Of a stretch of DNA of 64,000 nucleotides, positions 33,569-43,878 are shown piece after piece. The DNA is from Planctomycetota bacterium. GTDB taxonomy: Bacteria > Planctomycetota > B15-G4. The translations under genes were made by a program, and so were the position numbers. The stretch spans positions 3,904,001-3,968,000 of the forward strand of contig CBDFJQ010000002.1 in the NCBI GenBank assembly GCA_965248575.1, in the 5' to 3' direction. Each line of letters opens with the position of its first letter. Position 1 is the stretch's first letter. Below the pieces are notes generated by a model, which saw only the letters and a list, made by a program, of their open reading frames with translations, searched no databases and was not told the origin of the DNA.

Positions 33569-34842
33569 GAGAGGCAGCGCAGACCGTGGAGGCCGTGTTT
33601 CGGGAGGAGCACGGCTTCCTGCTCGCCTCGCTGATCCGTCGTTGCGGCGACTTCGAGCGGGCCGAGGAGGCTCTGCAAGATGCTCTGGCTGTGGCCCTGG
33701 AGCGTTGGCCGAAGGACGGCATGCCGCACACGCCCGCGGCGTGGATCCTGCGCACCGCCCAGAACCGATTGATCGATGTGCTGCGTCGGGATGCGCGCCG
33801 GCCGGACAAGGAAGCGTTGGTCGCTCGTCCCGAAGCCAGCACGACCCAGGCCCCGGCCGAACGGGAAGAAGCCGACGCCTTCCCCGCGAACGACGACCGG
33901 CTGCGCTTGCTGTTCACCTGCTGCCACCCCGCCTTGTCGGCGGATGCGCAATCGGCCTTGCTGCTCAACGCCCTGGGTGGCTTGAGCACGCGCGAGATCG
34001 CCCGGGCCTACCTCACCAGCGAGGCCACCATGGCCCAGCGCCTGGTGCGCGCGAAGCGCAAGATCCGTCAGGCAGGCATCCCCTTCCGGGTGCCCGAGGC
34101 AGAGCAATTGCCTGAGCGCTTGGGCGTCGTGCTGCGGGTGGTCTACCTCGTGTTCAACGAAGGCTATGCCGCCAGCGAGGGCGTGGCACTGCTGCGCGGC
34201 CCGCTTTGCACGGAGGCGATCCGGCTGGGGCGCTTGTTGCTGCAGTTGATGCCGGAGCAGACCGAGGCTGCGGGGCTGCTGGCCCTGATGCTCTTGCAGG
34301 ATGCCCGGCGCGAGGCTCGGGTCGGCCCCGAGGGAGAGCTGATCCGCTTGCGCGACCAGGACCGCAGCTTGTGGGATGCGCAAGCCGTAGCCGAAGGGCT
34401 CGCGCTGCTGGAGACGAGCTTGCAGGCTCGGCGGCCGGGGCCGTACCAGGTGCAGGCGGCGCTCGCGGCCCTGCACGCCGAAGCCCCGGACGGGCCCTCC
34501 ACGGACTGGCCCCAGGCGGTGCGGCTCTACGATGTGCTGCTGGAGATGGAGCCGTCGCCGGTGGTGGCGCTCAACCGGGCGGTGGCCGTGTCCATGGCTT
34601 CAGGGGCGGAGGCAGGGCTCGCGGCCCTGGCTGTGATCGAGCAGGACGGCAGCTTGCAGGACTACCTTTATCTGCACGCCACCCGAGCGGAGTTCTTGAG
34701 CGAGGCTGGGCATTGGGAGCCCGCACGCGCGGCTTACGAGAGGGCCATCGAGCTGGCGAGCAACCTGACGGAGCGTCGTTTCCTTCAGCAGCGCTTGGAG
34801 CGGGTGCTGCAACGCATCACCAGTACGCGTCCAGACCAATGA
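33565..34842 (+). CDS. ECF42-type sigma factor with C-terminal TPR extension
   Basis: AEEALQDA, DDRLRLLFTCCHPAL, MAQRLVRAKRKI, YLVFNEGY, GPYQVQAA and PVVALNRAVA; GTGA overlap with the DGPF gene. Confidence 0.88.
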   Translation: MREAAQTVEAVFREEHGFLLASLIRRCGDFERAEEALQDALAVALERWPKDGMPHTPAAWILRTAQNRLIDVLRRDARRPDKEALVARPEASTTQAPAEREEADAFPANDDRLRLLFTCCHPALSADAQSALLLNALGGLSTREIARAYLTSEATMAQRLVRAKRKIRQAGIPFRVPEAEQLPERLGVVLRVVYLVFNEGYAASEGVALLRGPLCTEAIRLGRLLLQLMPEQTEAAGLLALMLLQDARREARVGPEGELIRLRDQDRSLWDAQAVAEGLALLETSLQARRPGPYQVQAALAALHAEAPDGPSTDWPQAVRLYDVLLEMEPSPVVALNRAVAVSMASGAEAGLAALAVIEQDGSLQDYLYLHATRAEFLSEAGHWEPARAAYERAIELASNLTERRFLQQRLERVLQRITSTRPDQ

Positions 34843-35563
34843 GCAACTGGCCGTTCTCCTGACGCCGCCAGACCAGCATGAACTCCACATTGGAGTGCTG
34901 GAGGACGCCGTCGCGTAGGACGCTCAAGCGGCTGTGCCCGCGTTGGATCCAGAGCTTGTCGGCCCCCTCGAGGCTGGCGATGCTCAGCTCCCAATCCTGT
35001 GCGCCCTCGAGGCGGCCCCAGTACTCGTCGATGGCCTGGCGCCCGGCGACGGTGCGGCCGCTCTTGTCCATGAGCAGGGCGTCGTCGGCATAGAAGGCGG
35101 CGACGGCGGCGAGGTCACCATGGCGCATGGCCTGCTCCATGGCGGCGTTGAGCGCACGGATCTCGGCCTGGGCCTTGGACCTGAGCCCAGCGGCTTCACG
35201 TTGCTGCTCCGCGTCCTTGCCCGGTGCGGCGGTTGCGGCGGCGGACGCATCCCTGCGCTGCTTCAGGTCCTGCAAGGCTTGGGAGGCGGTGCGCTGCCGC
35301 AAGGGGTCCGGGTCGTGCAGGATGTGCAACAACACGGACTCCGCTTCGGGGCGTTCGCTCTGGCCCAAGGCGAGGATGGCGGGGATGGCCACCTCGGGGT
35401 CGCGCACGAAGGCATTGGTGATGTTCGAGCGGGGTGGCCACATGGCGCAGGCCGGGCCGAGCAGCGCGAGGACGAGGGGCAGCAACGCAAACTGCAGGGC
35501 GACGCGTGCACGGGCTGCGGGCGACCTGGGACGAGCGGTGGGACTGCCGGTGGGAATCTGCAT
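34817..35563 (-). CDS. Putative lipoprotein: HEAT-like repeat + NTF2/SnoaL (DUF4440-like) domain
   Basis: Hydrophobic stretch ending LGPAC; AILALG..DPDP HEAT-like segment; GDLAAVAAFYADDA...VWRRQENG. Confidence 0.65.
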   Translation of the reverse strand: MQIPTGSPTARPRSPAARARVALQFALLPLVLALLGPACAMWPPRSNITNAFVRDPEVAIPAILALGQSERPEAESVLLHILHDPDPLRQRTASQALQDLKQRRDASAAATAAPGKDAEQQREAAGLRSKAQAEIRALNAAMEQAMRHGDLAAVAAFYADDALLMDKSGRTVAGRQAIDEYWGRLEGAQDWELSIASLEGADKLWIQRGHSRLSVLRDGVLQHSNVEFMLVWRRQENGQLLIGLDAYW

Positions 35564-35572
35564 GCAGGCAGG

Positions 35573-35845
35573 CTAACCGATGTGTCGGAACGGGTCGTGC
35601 GCATCGGGCTTGGGTTCGACGGCCCGCACATCCACCTCGTCGACCCGGGCCTGGGGCGGCCCTTCGGCCATCCAGCCCACGAGGTTCTCCACGGCTTCCG
35701 GCTCGCCTTGGACCCAGGCCTCCACCCGCCCATCGCTGAGATTGCGGACCCAGCCGCGGAGGCCGAGGGCCTGGGCCTCCTGCTCGGCGGACCAGCGGAA
35801 GCCCACCCCTTGCACACGTCCGGAGACATGGATGTGTCGTGCCAT
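35573..35845 (-). CDS. acyP: Acylphosphatase
   Basis: [23 protein letters not shown] and GPPQARV. Confidence 0.93.
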   Translation of the reverse strand: MARHIHVSGRVQGVGFRWSAEQEAQALGLRGWVRNLSDGRVEAWVQGEPEAVENLVGWMAEGPPQARVDEVDVRAVEPKPDAHDPFRHIG

Positions 35846-36047
35846 GGTTGTCATCGCTGCAACGCTAACGCCTCGTGCGCCAGGGGATCCAGCACCGCCG
35901 GCCACTCCCAGCCTCCGAAGAGCTGCGGATGAGCTGCGGAGCGACGTGGAATCCGGTCCAGGGCTCCCGATACGCTGCTCAGGCTCGCTGGCCCCGCCGC
36001 CGATAGATCGAGCAACGCCCGGTCTCCTCATCGACCCCTCTGCAACC

Positions 36048-37211
36048 ATGAGCAACACTCCCGCAGCGCCCCGCACCCGCAAGAAGCGCAGCCGCCTGGG
36101 TTTCGCAGCTGCGCTGAGCGTGGTCGTGGTGCTGCTGCCGGCCTTGTGCCTTGAGGTCTATCTCCGCATGGACAAGGAGAAGCACGACCTGTGGTCCATG
36201 ACGGGGCGGGAGTTGGGCGAGAACCCGATCAAGCAGTGGGGGCAGGTGGACGCCTTCAGCGCCTACCGAGGACGTGCGGGCGCCGGTGGCATCGGCAAGA
36301 CCATCAACAGCCTCGGGTTCATCTCGACCCCGGAGCTCACGGTGCAGAAGCCGGCGGACACGGTGCGCGTCGTGTTCCTGGGCGGTTCGTCCACTGCTGG
36401 AACGGGCCAGGACCTGGCGGACGTGGACACCTGGCCCTGGCACGTCGCCGAGGAGCTGCGGGCGGCCATGCCTGCGGGGCGCAAGCTGGAGTTCATCAAC
36501 GCGGCGCTCGGGGGTTACAGCACCTTCGAGACCTACGGCCGGCTGTGGAGTCGACTGCGCGCGTACGAGCCGGACGTGTTCGTCATGTATCACGGCTGGA
36601 ACGAGATGTACTACTTCGACAAGACGGCGCCCGAGGACTTCGTCAAGTGGCGCACCTTGCCCGACGGCAGCTGGACGCTGGACCGCAAGCGCGGCAAGAC
36701 CAGGGAGCTGGAACCCTGGTGGGCAGACCACCTGATCCAGTACAGCCAACTGCTCATCCGCGGTCGGATCCGCCTGGCCAAATGGGCGGGCAGCCTGGAA
36801 GGCGAAGTGGGCGGCAGCAAGACACTCAGCGATGACTATGGTCGCGACGGGCCCGAGGTCTTCCGCTTCAACCTGAAGTTGATCCAGCAGGCCTGCGAGA
36901 TGATGGACGCCGAGCTCTTCGTGGCGAAGCAAGCCACGCTGATCGTGCCGGGCCTGGACGACAAGCAACGGGATCGTTGCCGTTACGACTACCACGGCTT
37001 CGGTCACGACGCGCACCTGGCGGCCTACCAGGCGCTCTACGATGTCATCGATGCGGAGGTTCCTGCCGAGCGTGTCATCGACGTGACGACCCTGAGCGGG
37101 CGGCCCGAGGTCTTCGCCGACCACGTGCATCCAACGGAGGCTGGCGCGCGACGTATCGCAGCGCTCGTGGCAGACGCCGTGGCGACCACGGTCACGAGCG
37201 CCGGGCAGTAG
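36048..37211 (+). CDS. Membrane-anchored SGNH/GDSL hydrolase
   Basis: N-terminal [23 protein letters not shown] and DHVHP. Confidence 0.85.
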   Translation: MSNTPAAPRTRKKRSRLGFAAALSVVVVLLPALCLEVYLRMDKEKHDLWSMTGRELGENPIKQWGQVDAFSAYRGRAGAGGIGKTINSLGFISTPELTVQKPADTVRVVFLGGSSTAGTGQDLADVDTWPWHVAEELRAAMPAGRKLEFINAALGGYSTFETYGRLWSRLRAYEPDVFVMYHGWNEMYYFDKTAPEDFVKWRTLPDGSWTLDRKRGKTRELEPWWADHLIQYSQLLIRGRIRLAKWAGSLEGEVGGSKTLSDDYGRDGPEVFRFNLKLIQQACEMMDAELFVAKQATLIVPGLDDKQRDRCRYDYHGFGHDAHLAAYQALYDVIDAEVPAERVIDVTTLSGRPEVFADHVHPTEAGARRIAALVADAVATTVTSAGQ

Positions 37212-37294
37212 CCGACCGACTCGTCCCAGTCCCGCCGCTGGCACGGCATCGCGAAAGCCGTCAGGCTGGGGCCCTTCCTCTGAAGGGGTCTGCC

Positions 37295-40264
37295 ATGTTC
37301 GTGACTCGACTGCTGCCTGTCGCCCTGCTGGGTGCCGCATTCTCAAGCTCCGTCTCTGCAGCGCTGCCCACTGGTGATCGTTACGCCGTTCTGCACCTGG
37401 ATGAGCTGGTCGACGCTCTGGTTGTGCGTAACCCGAGAAGCCCTAAGTGGTCGTTCGCAGCAAACGTCGGGCGGGTGCACGTGGTGCTCGACGTGGAGGG
37501 GGACGCCTACGTGAGTCCGCTGCACAAGCAGGCTGCCGAGGGCGTGCCGGAACTCTTGCCTCCCGATGGCGACGGTCGGCCAGACACCACGTGGGGCCGC
37601 GGCTGGGGCCACACCATGTTGGGCGTAGCCGTGGACGAGTCGGCGGTGGGTTCCGTGACGGGTACGCTGCACGTTCCTGGCAGCGAGGGGGGGCCGGGCA
37701 TTGAGGTGCCCTTCGAGATTCCGGCAGAGGCCTTCAGCGAGGACGCAGGGCCGTACTCGATCCTGGAGCGCGGGCACTACGGTGCCATGCTCGACCGTGA
37801 TCTTCCGGGGGCGGCGTGGTTTCGGCACCAGCATGACGCTGCCCAGGCGCGCTGGTTGGCGGCGGCCGTGGAGCAGGGGCGTGAGCTGGGGGCGAGCCCG
37901 CAGCTGCGGAATGCTGACCGCATACTGAACCGGTCGCGCTCGACCGTCGAGGACAGTTTCGAGCTGTTCAGCGGGGGCCGCGCGGTGAGCGAGAATCTGC
38001 AGTTGGATCGCACGCTGCCTGCGTCGCCCGAGGGTGAAGACACGGTTCCGGTGGACAGCGTGCAGGGCATCACGACACCGGCCTACGACTGGGCGGCGCT
38101 CATCGAAGGTCTCTCGCCAGAGCTGGATCCCTTGGCGCAGCTGATCCCCGCGGACCAACACGCGGTCTTCTTCCCGAGTTTCGAAGCGCTGGTGGCGGTG
38201 GCAGATCACGCCGAAGAACACGGCACGCCGGTCTTGGCTGCGCTCGAACCGCGCTCGGAATCGGCGAACACGCGTCAGCGCTATGAACAGCAGTTGGGAG
38301 TGCCCATGAGCGCCTTGAGCCGACTGCTCGGGCCGGCGATCCTGGACAGTGTGGCCATGACGGGTTCCGACCCCTATCTGCGCACCGGCTCCGATGTCGC
38401 CCTGATCTTCGAGGGCTCGACGTCTGCGGTGGAGCCCTTGCTGGTGGCTCGGGTGCGACTCGCTGCCCAGGGAGTACCGGGTGTCACCGCGGTGGAAGGA
38501 AAGATAGGCGACGACAGCTACACGGGCTTCACCAGCGAAGACCGTTCCTTCTGCAGCTATGTGGCGGCCTTGGGTGATCGGGCAGTGGTGGTCTGCAACT
38601 CCCTGGCCCAACTGGAGCGGCTGTTCGCCACGGCGCGCGGCGACGGCCCGGCCCTCGCGTCCTTGGATGAGTACGTCTGGTTCCGGGATCGCTATCAGCG
38701 CGGCGAGGAGGGTGAGTCGGCCTTCGCCATGATCTCCGACGCCACGATTCGCCGCTGGTGCGGCCCGCGTTGGCGCATCGGCAGCTCCCGCCGTAGTCGG
38801 GCGGCCGCGGTCGTTGCCGAGTGGCAAGCGCGTTCCGTTGACGCCCTCATGGCAGAGGATGCTGCGGACCTCGGGCCCAGCGGCCATGCACTACCTGAGT
38901 ACGGCCTCCTGCCCGGCGCCGGCCCCATGAGTTTGACGGCGGGCGGCGTGCGCTCGGAGGACTACGGCAGCCTGGGATTCGCGACGCCCATCGTCGAGCT
39001 GGACCTCGACCTCGTGACGGAGGACGAATCCGATCTCTATGAGCGTTGGCGTCGGGGGTATGAATCAAACTGGTCTAACTTCTTCGATCCCATCGGCATT
39101 CGCTTCAGCGTCGACGAGCAGCAGCTCGCCATGGACATGACGGTGCGTCCGCTCATCGCTGGCAGCGACTACCGGGACTACATTGGGTTGTCGGCGGGCG
39201 CCGAGTTGGATGCGCTGAGCGGTGATCCCCACGAGGAGGCCCTCGTCCACTGGGTCTCTGCATTCAACAGGAACTCGCCCAGCCTGAGTCGCGCGGAGGT
39301 GCTCGGCTTGGCGCGCATGCTGGCCCCCAAGCTGGACCCCTTGGGTTGGGTCGGCAGTTCGTACTCGCTCTACATCGACAAGGACGACTTCTGGGCGGAG
39401 ATGGCAGCCGCCGAAGACGGAGAGTCCTTCCTGTTCGAGGAGCTGTATCGCTTGCCCATGGCCGTGCACGTCGACATCGACAACGTCATGAAGCTGGCGG
39501 TGGCGCTGACGGGGCTGCGCGCCGTGGCTGAGCAGACCATCCCCGACATGTTGTTGTGGGAGAACCGCAAGCACGCGGGGCGCAGCTATGTGCGCGTGGG
39601 TCCCTCCGATCTGGCCTTGGAAGACATGCGCTCCGAGGTGGATGAGTTTGAGAACTGGGATCAGCTGGCTCTCTACTATGTGCCCGGGCCCGGCGGTCTC
39701 ACGTTGTCGCTCAACGAAGAGTTGGTGAAGCGTGCCATCGACCGATCCCAGGCGCGGCGGGGCGTGGGCGCTGAGAACACGGGCGCAGAGGATGGCGGCA
39801 CAGAGCGTGCGGAGGTAGGCGCAGCCGAAGACGACGCGTCAGGCATCGAGAACGCCGCTGACGCGTCGAACCCCTGGCTCGGCAAGCAGCTGGGCCTACG
39901 CGTCTCGCGAGACGTGGTGGAGCTCTTGGAGGCGGGCATGATCCGTCAGGGCATCCAGCCGCTCCAGGAACTCTCGTGGAACAACCTGCCCATCCTGAAC
40001 GAGTGGAAGCGCCGTTGGCCGCAGCACGACCCGGTCGACGTGCACGAGACCCTGTGGGGGCGGCGTCTCTTGTGCCCCGGCGGTGGTGAGTACCGCTGGA
40101 ATGCGGACGACCAACGCATGGAGTCAAGTCTCTACGGACACCCCGGCCGACCGCTCGTCGGGCCGGTGCTCCCTAGCGCGGTGAAGGGGATCGGCAGTGC
40201 CGACCTCGGCATCGACTTCGAGGAGGATGGCTTGCGCGGGCGCGTGACGTTGACGCGTCAGTAG
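37295..40264 (+). CDS. Large secreted hypothetical protein (989 aa)
   Basis: Signal peptide from ATG 37295; long ORF; no family recognised with confidence. Confidence 0.75.
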   Translation: MFVTRLLPVALLGAAFSSSVSAALPTGDRYAVLHLDELVDALVVRNPRSPKWSFAANVGRVHVVLDVEGDAYVSPLHKQAAEGVPELLPPDGDGRPDTTWGRGWGHTMLGVAVDESAVGSVTGTLHVPGSEGGPGIEVPFEIPAEAFSEDAGPYSILERGHYGAMLDRDLPGAAWFRHQHDAAQARWLAAAVEQGRELGASPQLRNADRILNRSRSTVEDSFELFSGGRAVSENLQLDRTLPASPEGEDTVPVDSVQGITTPAYDWAALIEGLSPELDPLAQLIPADQHAVFFPSFEALVAVADHAEEHGTPVLAALEPRSESANTRQRYEQQLGVPMSALSRLLGPAILDSVAMTGSDPYLRTGSDVALIFEGSTSAVEPLLVARVRLAAQGVPGVTAVEGKIGDDSYTGFTSEDRSFCSYVAALGDRAVVVCNSLAQLERLFATARGDGPALASLDEYVWFRDRYQRGEEGESAFAMISDATIRRWCGPRWRIGSSRRSRAAAVVAEWQARSVDALMAEDAADLGPSGHALPEYGLLPGAGPMSLTAGGVRSEDYGSLGFATPIVELDLDLVTEDESDLYERWRRGYESNWSNFFDPIGIRFSVDEQQLAMDMTVRPLIAGSDYRDYIGLSAGAELDALSGDPHEEALVHWVSAFNRNSPSLSRAEVLGLARMLAPKLDPLGWVGSSYSLYIDKDDFWAEMAAAEDGESFLFEELYRLPMAVHVDIDNVMKLAVALTGLRAVAEQTIPDMLLWENRKHAGRSYVRVGPSDLALEDMRSEVDEFENWDQLALYYVPGPGGLTLSLNEELVKRAIDRSQARRGVGAENTGAEDGGTERAEVGAAEDDASGIENAADASNPWLGKQLGLRVSRDVVELLEAGMIRQGIQPLQELSWNNLPILNEWKRRWPQHDPVDVHETLWGRRLLCPGGGEYRWNADDQRMESSLYGHPGRPLVGPVLPSAVKGIGSADLGIDFEEDGLRGRVTLTRQ

Positions 40265-40275
40265 GGCGGCCGGTC

Positions 40276-40842
40276 CTAGGGCTCGGAGCCTTCGAGGCCG
40301 AGCAGCGAACTCACGTACGGCTCGAGCCGCGTGAGTCCCGCCTGCTTGCCCTCCTCGAGCGCGCAGAGGGCGGGCAAGCCGTCTACGAAGTGCGCCTTGA
40401 GCGCGAAGAGGGCGCCCACCCGGTTGCCGCTCGCGCAGTACACCACCACGCCGGGTTGCTCCTGTCGGGCGGAGCCCTTGAGGACCCGTGCGAGGCGCCG
40501 GGCATTCCCCTCTGTGGTTCCCTCGCTGCCAGCGACGGGGAGGCGTCGGAACTGGCTCGTGCGTCCCGCGAAGAAGTCCTCCTCCCAGCCGGCGCCGTCC
40601 TCGGAGCTGGGGCGCAGGCTCACGAAGGTGCCGAAGCCGAGTGCTTCCAGTTCTTCGACCTGGCTTGGGGTGAGCTGCCCGCCGGTGACGACGCCCGGGT
40701 AGGGCGTGCGCACATTCTGGATCGCCAGGGCAGAGACGTCGGGGGTTTCGAAGGCCGTGGCGCTGTTCCCGTCAGCGTTGCTTGAGGTGACGCAGGCGAA
40801 GGTCAGGGAAAGCAGGACAGCGAGGATCAGGGTCTTGAACAT
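40276..40842 (-). CDS. Lipoprotein with PTP-like / DUF442 sulfurtransferase domain
   Basis: Lipobox LTFAC; GGQLT, FVSLRP..E and YCASGNR (CX4R variant of the CX5R loop). Confidence 0.75.
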   Translation of the reverse strand: MFKTLILAVLLSLTFACVTSSNADGNSATAFETPDVSALAIQNVRTPYPGVVTGGQLTPSQVEELEALGFGTFVSLRPSSEDGAGWEEDFFAGRTSQFRRLPVAGSEGTTEGNARRLARVLKGSARQEQPGVVVYCASGNRVGALFALKAHFVDGLPALCALEEGKQAGLTRLEPYVSSLLGLEGSEP

Positions 40843-40918
40843 GGCGTGACTTCGCAAAGAGATCGTCGGGGATGGAAACAGGGCGCAAGCCGTCAGTTTG
40901 TTGCAGTGTCCTTCCAGC

Positions 40919-41722
40919 CTAGCGGTTGTCGCCGCCCAGGAGGCGGCCGACACCTCCCAGGAGGGATCCCTCGCCCTTGCTGCTCCCCCCATGGCGAGGA
41001 GCGCTGGCCAGGATGCGGTCTGCCAAGCGGCTGAAGGGCAGGCTCTGCAGGTAGACCGTGCCGGGGCCGCTGAGTTCGGCCAGGAAGAGACCCTCACCGC
41101 CGAAGAGCATGGAGCCGATGCCCTTGACCATGGTGATGTTGTAGTCGACCCCGGCGTCGAAGCCGACGATGCAGCCGGTGTCCACCTTGAGGCGGTCGTT
41201 GGGGCCCAGCTCCTTCTTGACCACCGTGCCGCCGGCGTGGATGAAGGTGAGGCCGTCGCCGCGCAACTTCTGGAGGATGAAGCCCTCGCCGCCGAACAGG
41301 CCGACACCGAAGCGCTTGTTGAAGGCGATGGACAGCTCGGTGCCCATGGCTGCGCACAGGAAGGCCTGCTTCTGGCACAGGAAGGTGCCGCCCACGGCGG
41401 AGAGATCGATGGGCACGATCTTGCCCGGGTAAGGCGCGCCGAAGGCGACCTGGGTGCGGCCCGTGCCCTCTGCCGTGAAGTGCGTCATGAACAGGCTCTC
41501 GCCGGTGAAGACGCGCTTGCCGACGCTGAAGATCTTGTCCATGAAGCCAGCTTGCGGGTTGCTGCCGTCACCCATCTTGGTGTCCATGTGGATGTCCGGG
41601 TTCATGAACATCATGGCGCCCGCCTCGGCGATGACCGTCTCGCGCGGATCGAGGGTGATCTCCACGAACTGCATGTCGTCGCCGTGGATGACGTAGTCGA
41701 TCTCGTGGGAGTTGGTGGGCAT
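40919..41722 (-). CDS. TIGR00266 / AIM24 family protein
   Basis: [36 protein letters not shown] and [10 protein letters not shown]. Confidence 0.9.
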   Translation of the reverse strand: MPTNSHEIDYVIHGDDMQFVEITLDPRETVIAEAGAMMFMNPDIHMDTKMGDGSNPQAGFMDKIFSVGKRVFTGESLFMTHFTAEGTGRTQVAFGAPYPGKIVPIDLSAVGGTFLCQKQAFLCAAMGTELSIAFNKRFGVGLFGGEGFILQKLRGDGLTFIHAGGTVVKKELGPNDRLKVDTGCIVGFDAGVDYNITMVKGIGSMLFGGEGLFLAELSGPGTVYLQSLPFSRLADRILASAPRHGGSSKGEGSLLGGVGRLLGGDNR

Positions 41723-41827
41723 GGGGGTGGGCTCCGGTTCGGGGGGGCTGGGCTGGCAGCGTGGCTGCTGGCGGGGGACACTTTGGGATGCGGGGGGTTT
41801 GGGTTTCAAGGATGGGGGGGACGGGTG

Positions 41828-42025
41828 GATGGTTGGCGCTGGTGGTGGGCGAGGCCCGTCAACCCGGCCAAGTGGTCGCTCGGGAGGGAGGGTGGGCTGC
41901 CTCCGCCGGTTTCGGGCCTGAGGCTTGTTGGATCTGCTGAGGCTTCAGGCCCGAAACCGGCTGCTTTGGGGCTCGCTCTACATGGCCGGGTTGAAGGGCC
42001 TCGCCCACCACCAGCTCCAATCGTC
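41828..42025. repeat. Nested long inverted repeat (REPIN/MITE-like palindrome)
   Basis: 43-bp arms 41831-41873 and 41980-42022 with 4 mismatches; inner perfect 17-bp arms 41905-41921 and 41945-41961. Confidence 0.8.
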
Positions 42026-42181
42026 ACGTGGGTGGGTTGGGGGTGCTCGCCACGCAGTCGCTCCAGTCGTTCCGTGGGTTCTGGCCATCGTGGGGTGGGG
42101 TGTGCTCCCGCGTAGCGGTCGCTCTTGGCGCTGTGGGGTTGGGGTGATCGCGGCGGGGTTTGGGGGAGCTATGGTTGGGTC

Positions 42182-42778
42182 ATGGATGAGACGACTCGTG
42201 AGGATCTGGGGCGGGGCTTGCTGCCTGCTTTGGTGGGTGCGGATGAGGTGGTGCGGCGGGTTCGTGCGGTCGGGGCGGGGAGCGTGATTGATGTGCGCTC
42301 TCCTGTGGAAGTGCTTGGGGAGTCGGTCCCGGGGGCGGTGGCGGTGCCGCTGGATCAACTGGAGGCGCGTCTGGACGAGGTGCGGGCGGTGCCGGCGCCG
42401 CGGCTGTTGTTGTGTCGCTCGGGTGCTCGGGCTGGCAAGGCGATGGAGACCTTGACCGCGCTGGGAGTGGACGGGTTGAGCGTCATGAGTGGTGGGCTGG
42501 AGGCCTACCGGGCCGCGGGAGGCAGCACCGTGTCCGCCGGCTCGCACATGTCGCTCGAACGACAGGTGCGGGTGGCGGCCGGTTCCCTGAGTTTGCTCGG
42601 GGTGATCCTGGGTTTCTTGCTGCACCCGGGATTCTTCGGCTTGTCGGGCTTCGTGGGAGCGGGTCTGGTGTTCGCCGGGGTCACGGACTGGTGCGGGATG
42701 GGATTGCTCCTGGCGCGTGCGCCTTGGAATCAGCGCCCTGGGACGCGCGCTCAGCCGTCGGACACGCTGTCCCAGTAG
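42182..42778 (+). CDS. Rhodanese domain + DUF2892 (YgaP-like) protein
   Basis: IDVRSP.E, CRSGAR, GGLEAY, MSLERQVR and GAGLVFAGVTDWCGM. Confidence 0.88.
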   Translation: MDETTREDLGRGLLPALVGADEVVRRVRAVGAGSVIDVRSPVEVLGESVPGAVAVPLDQLEARLDEVRAVPAPRLLLCRSGARAGKAMETLTALGVDGLSVMSGGLEAYRAAGGSTVSAGSHMSLERQVRVAAGSLSLLGVILGFLLHPGFFGLSGFVGAGLVFAGVTDWCGMGLLLARAPWNQRPGTRAQPSDTLSQ

Positions 42779-43806
42779 GGGGCGAGGGCCTGACGTGCCT
42801 TGCCGACGGTGACGGTTGCGTCGATGGAGGGCGCGGCGTCCAAGCCGAAGTCGCGGCCTGGGACACCGGGTTCGGCGCCGCTGCTGGCGTGCAGGGCGGC
42901 GCGCACACCCTGCACCACACCTTGCGGGTCGTAGCCCCCTTCGAGGGTGCACACGAGGCGACCGGGGCAGTGCTCGTCCGACCAGCTGCGGAACAGTTGG
43001 AACAGGGCGTCGAAGCCAGAGCGGCTGACGGCCAAACCCCCGAGGGGGTCGGCGTGCCAGGTGTCGAAACCGGCCGAAACGAGGATCAGGTCGGGGCGGT
43101 AGTCGGAGACCACGGGGCCCACCACCTCTTGATAGAGGTGCAGGAGGTCGGCGTCGCCCATGCCCGCGCCCAGCGGTAGGTTTACGGTGTGGCCGGCGCC
43201 CTCGCCCGTGCCCACCTCGGTCAGCGGGCCGGTGAAGGGATAGAAGGGGTAGCGATGGCTGGAGACGTAGAGCACGTCGCTGCGGCTGTCGAAGGCGTGT
43301 TGGGTGCCGTTGCCGTGGTGCACGTCGGGGTCGAGGATCAGCACCCGTTCGCAGCCCAGCTCGGCTCGGGCGTGTTCGGCGGCTACGGCCACGTTGTTGA
43401 AGAGGCAGAAGCCCATGGCGTGGGAGGCTTCGGCGTGGTGGCCGGGGGGGCGCACCAAGGCGAAGGCGCCGGCGGCCTCGCCTGCGACCACGGCTTCGGT
43501 GGCGGCGAGGGTCGCCCCCGCACCCTTCAGGGCAGCCTCCCAGGAGCCGGCGCTGGTGATGGTATCGCCGTCGAGGGCGACAGGGGCCTGACCCGCCGTG
43601 GCCTCGACCACATCCACATGCTGGGCGGTGTGCACCCGTTGCAGCTCGGCGCGAGTGGCTCGGCGCGGGCTGTCCTGGCGGGTGCCGGGCACGGGGCGCG
43701 CGTCCAGGTCGTCCAGCACCGCGGCCAGTCGGGCAGCGTTTTCCGGATGGCCGGGACCCGGGTCGTGCTCCAGGCAGCTCGGGTCTCGTAGGATCAGAGT
43801 GTCCAT
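42751..43806 (-). CDS. Histone deacetylase family protein
   Basis: HPENAARL, RPPGHHA, GFCLFNNVA, DVHHGNGTQ, SAGFD and LEGGY; start taken at ATG 43806. Confidence 0.93.
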   Translation of the reverse strand: MDTLILRDPSCLEHDPGPGHPENAARLAAVLDDLDARPVPGTRQDSPRRATRAELQRVHTAQHVDVVEATAGQAPVALDGDTITSAGSWEAALKGAGATLAATEAVVAGEAAGAFALVRPPGHHAEASHAMGFCLFNNVAVAAEHARAELGCERVLILDPDVHHGNGTQHAFDSRSDVLYVSSHRYPFYPFTGPLTEVGTGEGAGHTVNLPLGAGMGDADLLHLYQEVVGPVVSDYRPDLILVSAGFDTWHADPLGGLAVSRSGFDALFQLFRSWSDEHCPGRLVCTLEGGYDPQGVVQGVRAALHASSGAEPGVPGRDFGLDAAPSIDATVTVGKARQALAPYWDSVSDG

Positions 43807-43878
43807 GCAGCGAACGGTAGCGCTCGCCAGGGGCGGGCTCCAGTGGCGAGGCGGCGGTGACCCAGCGGTGATCGATCG

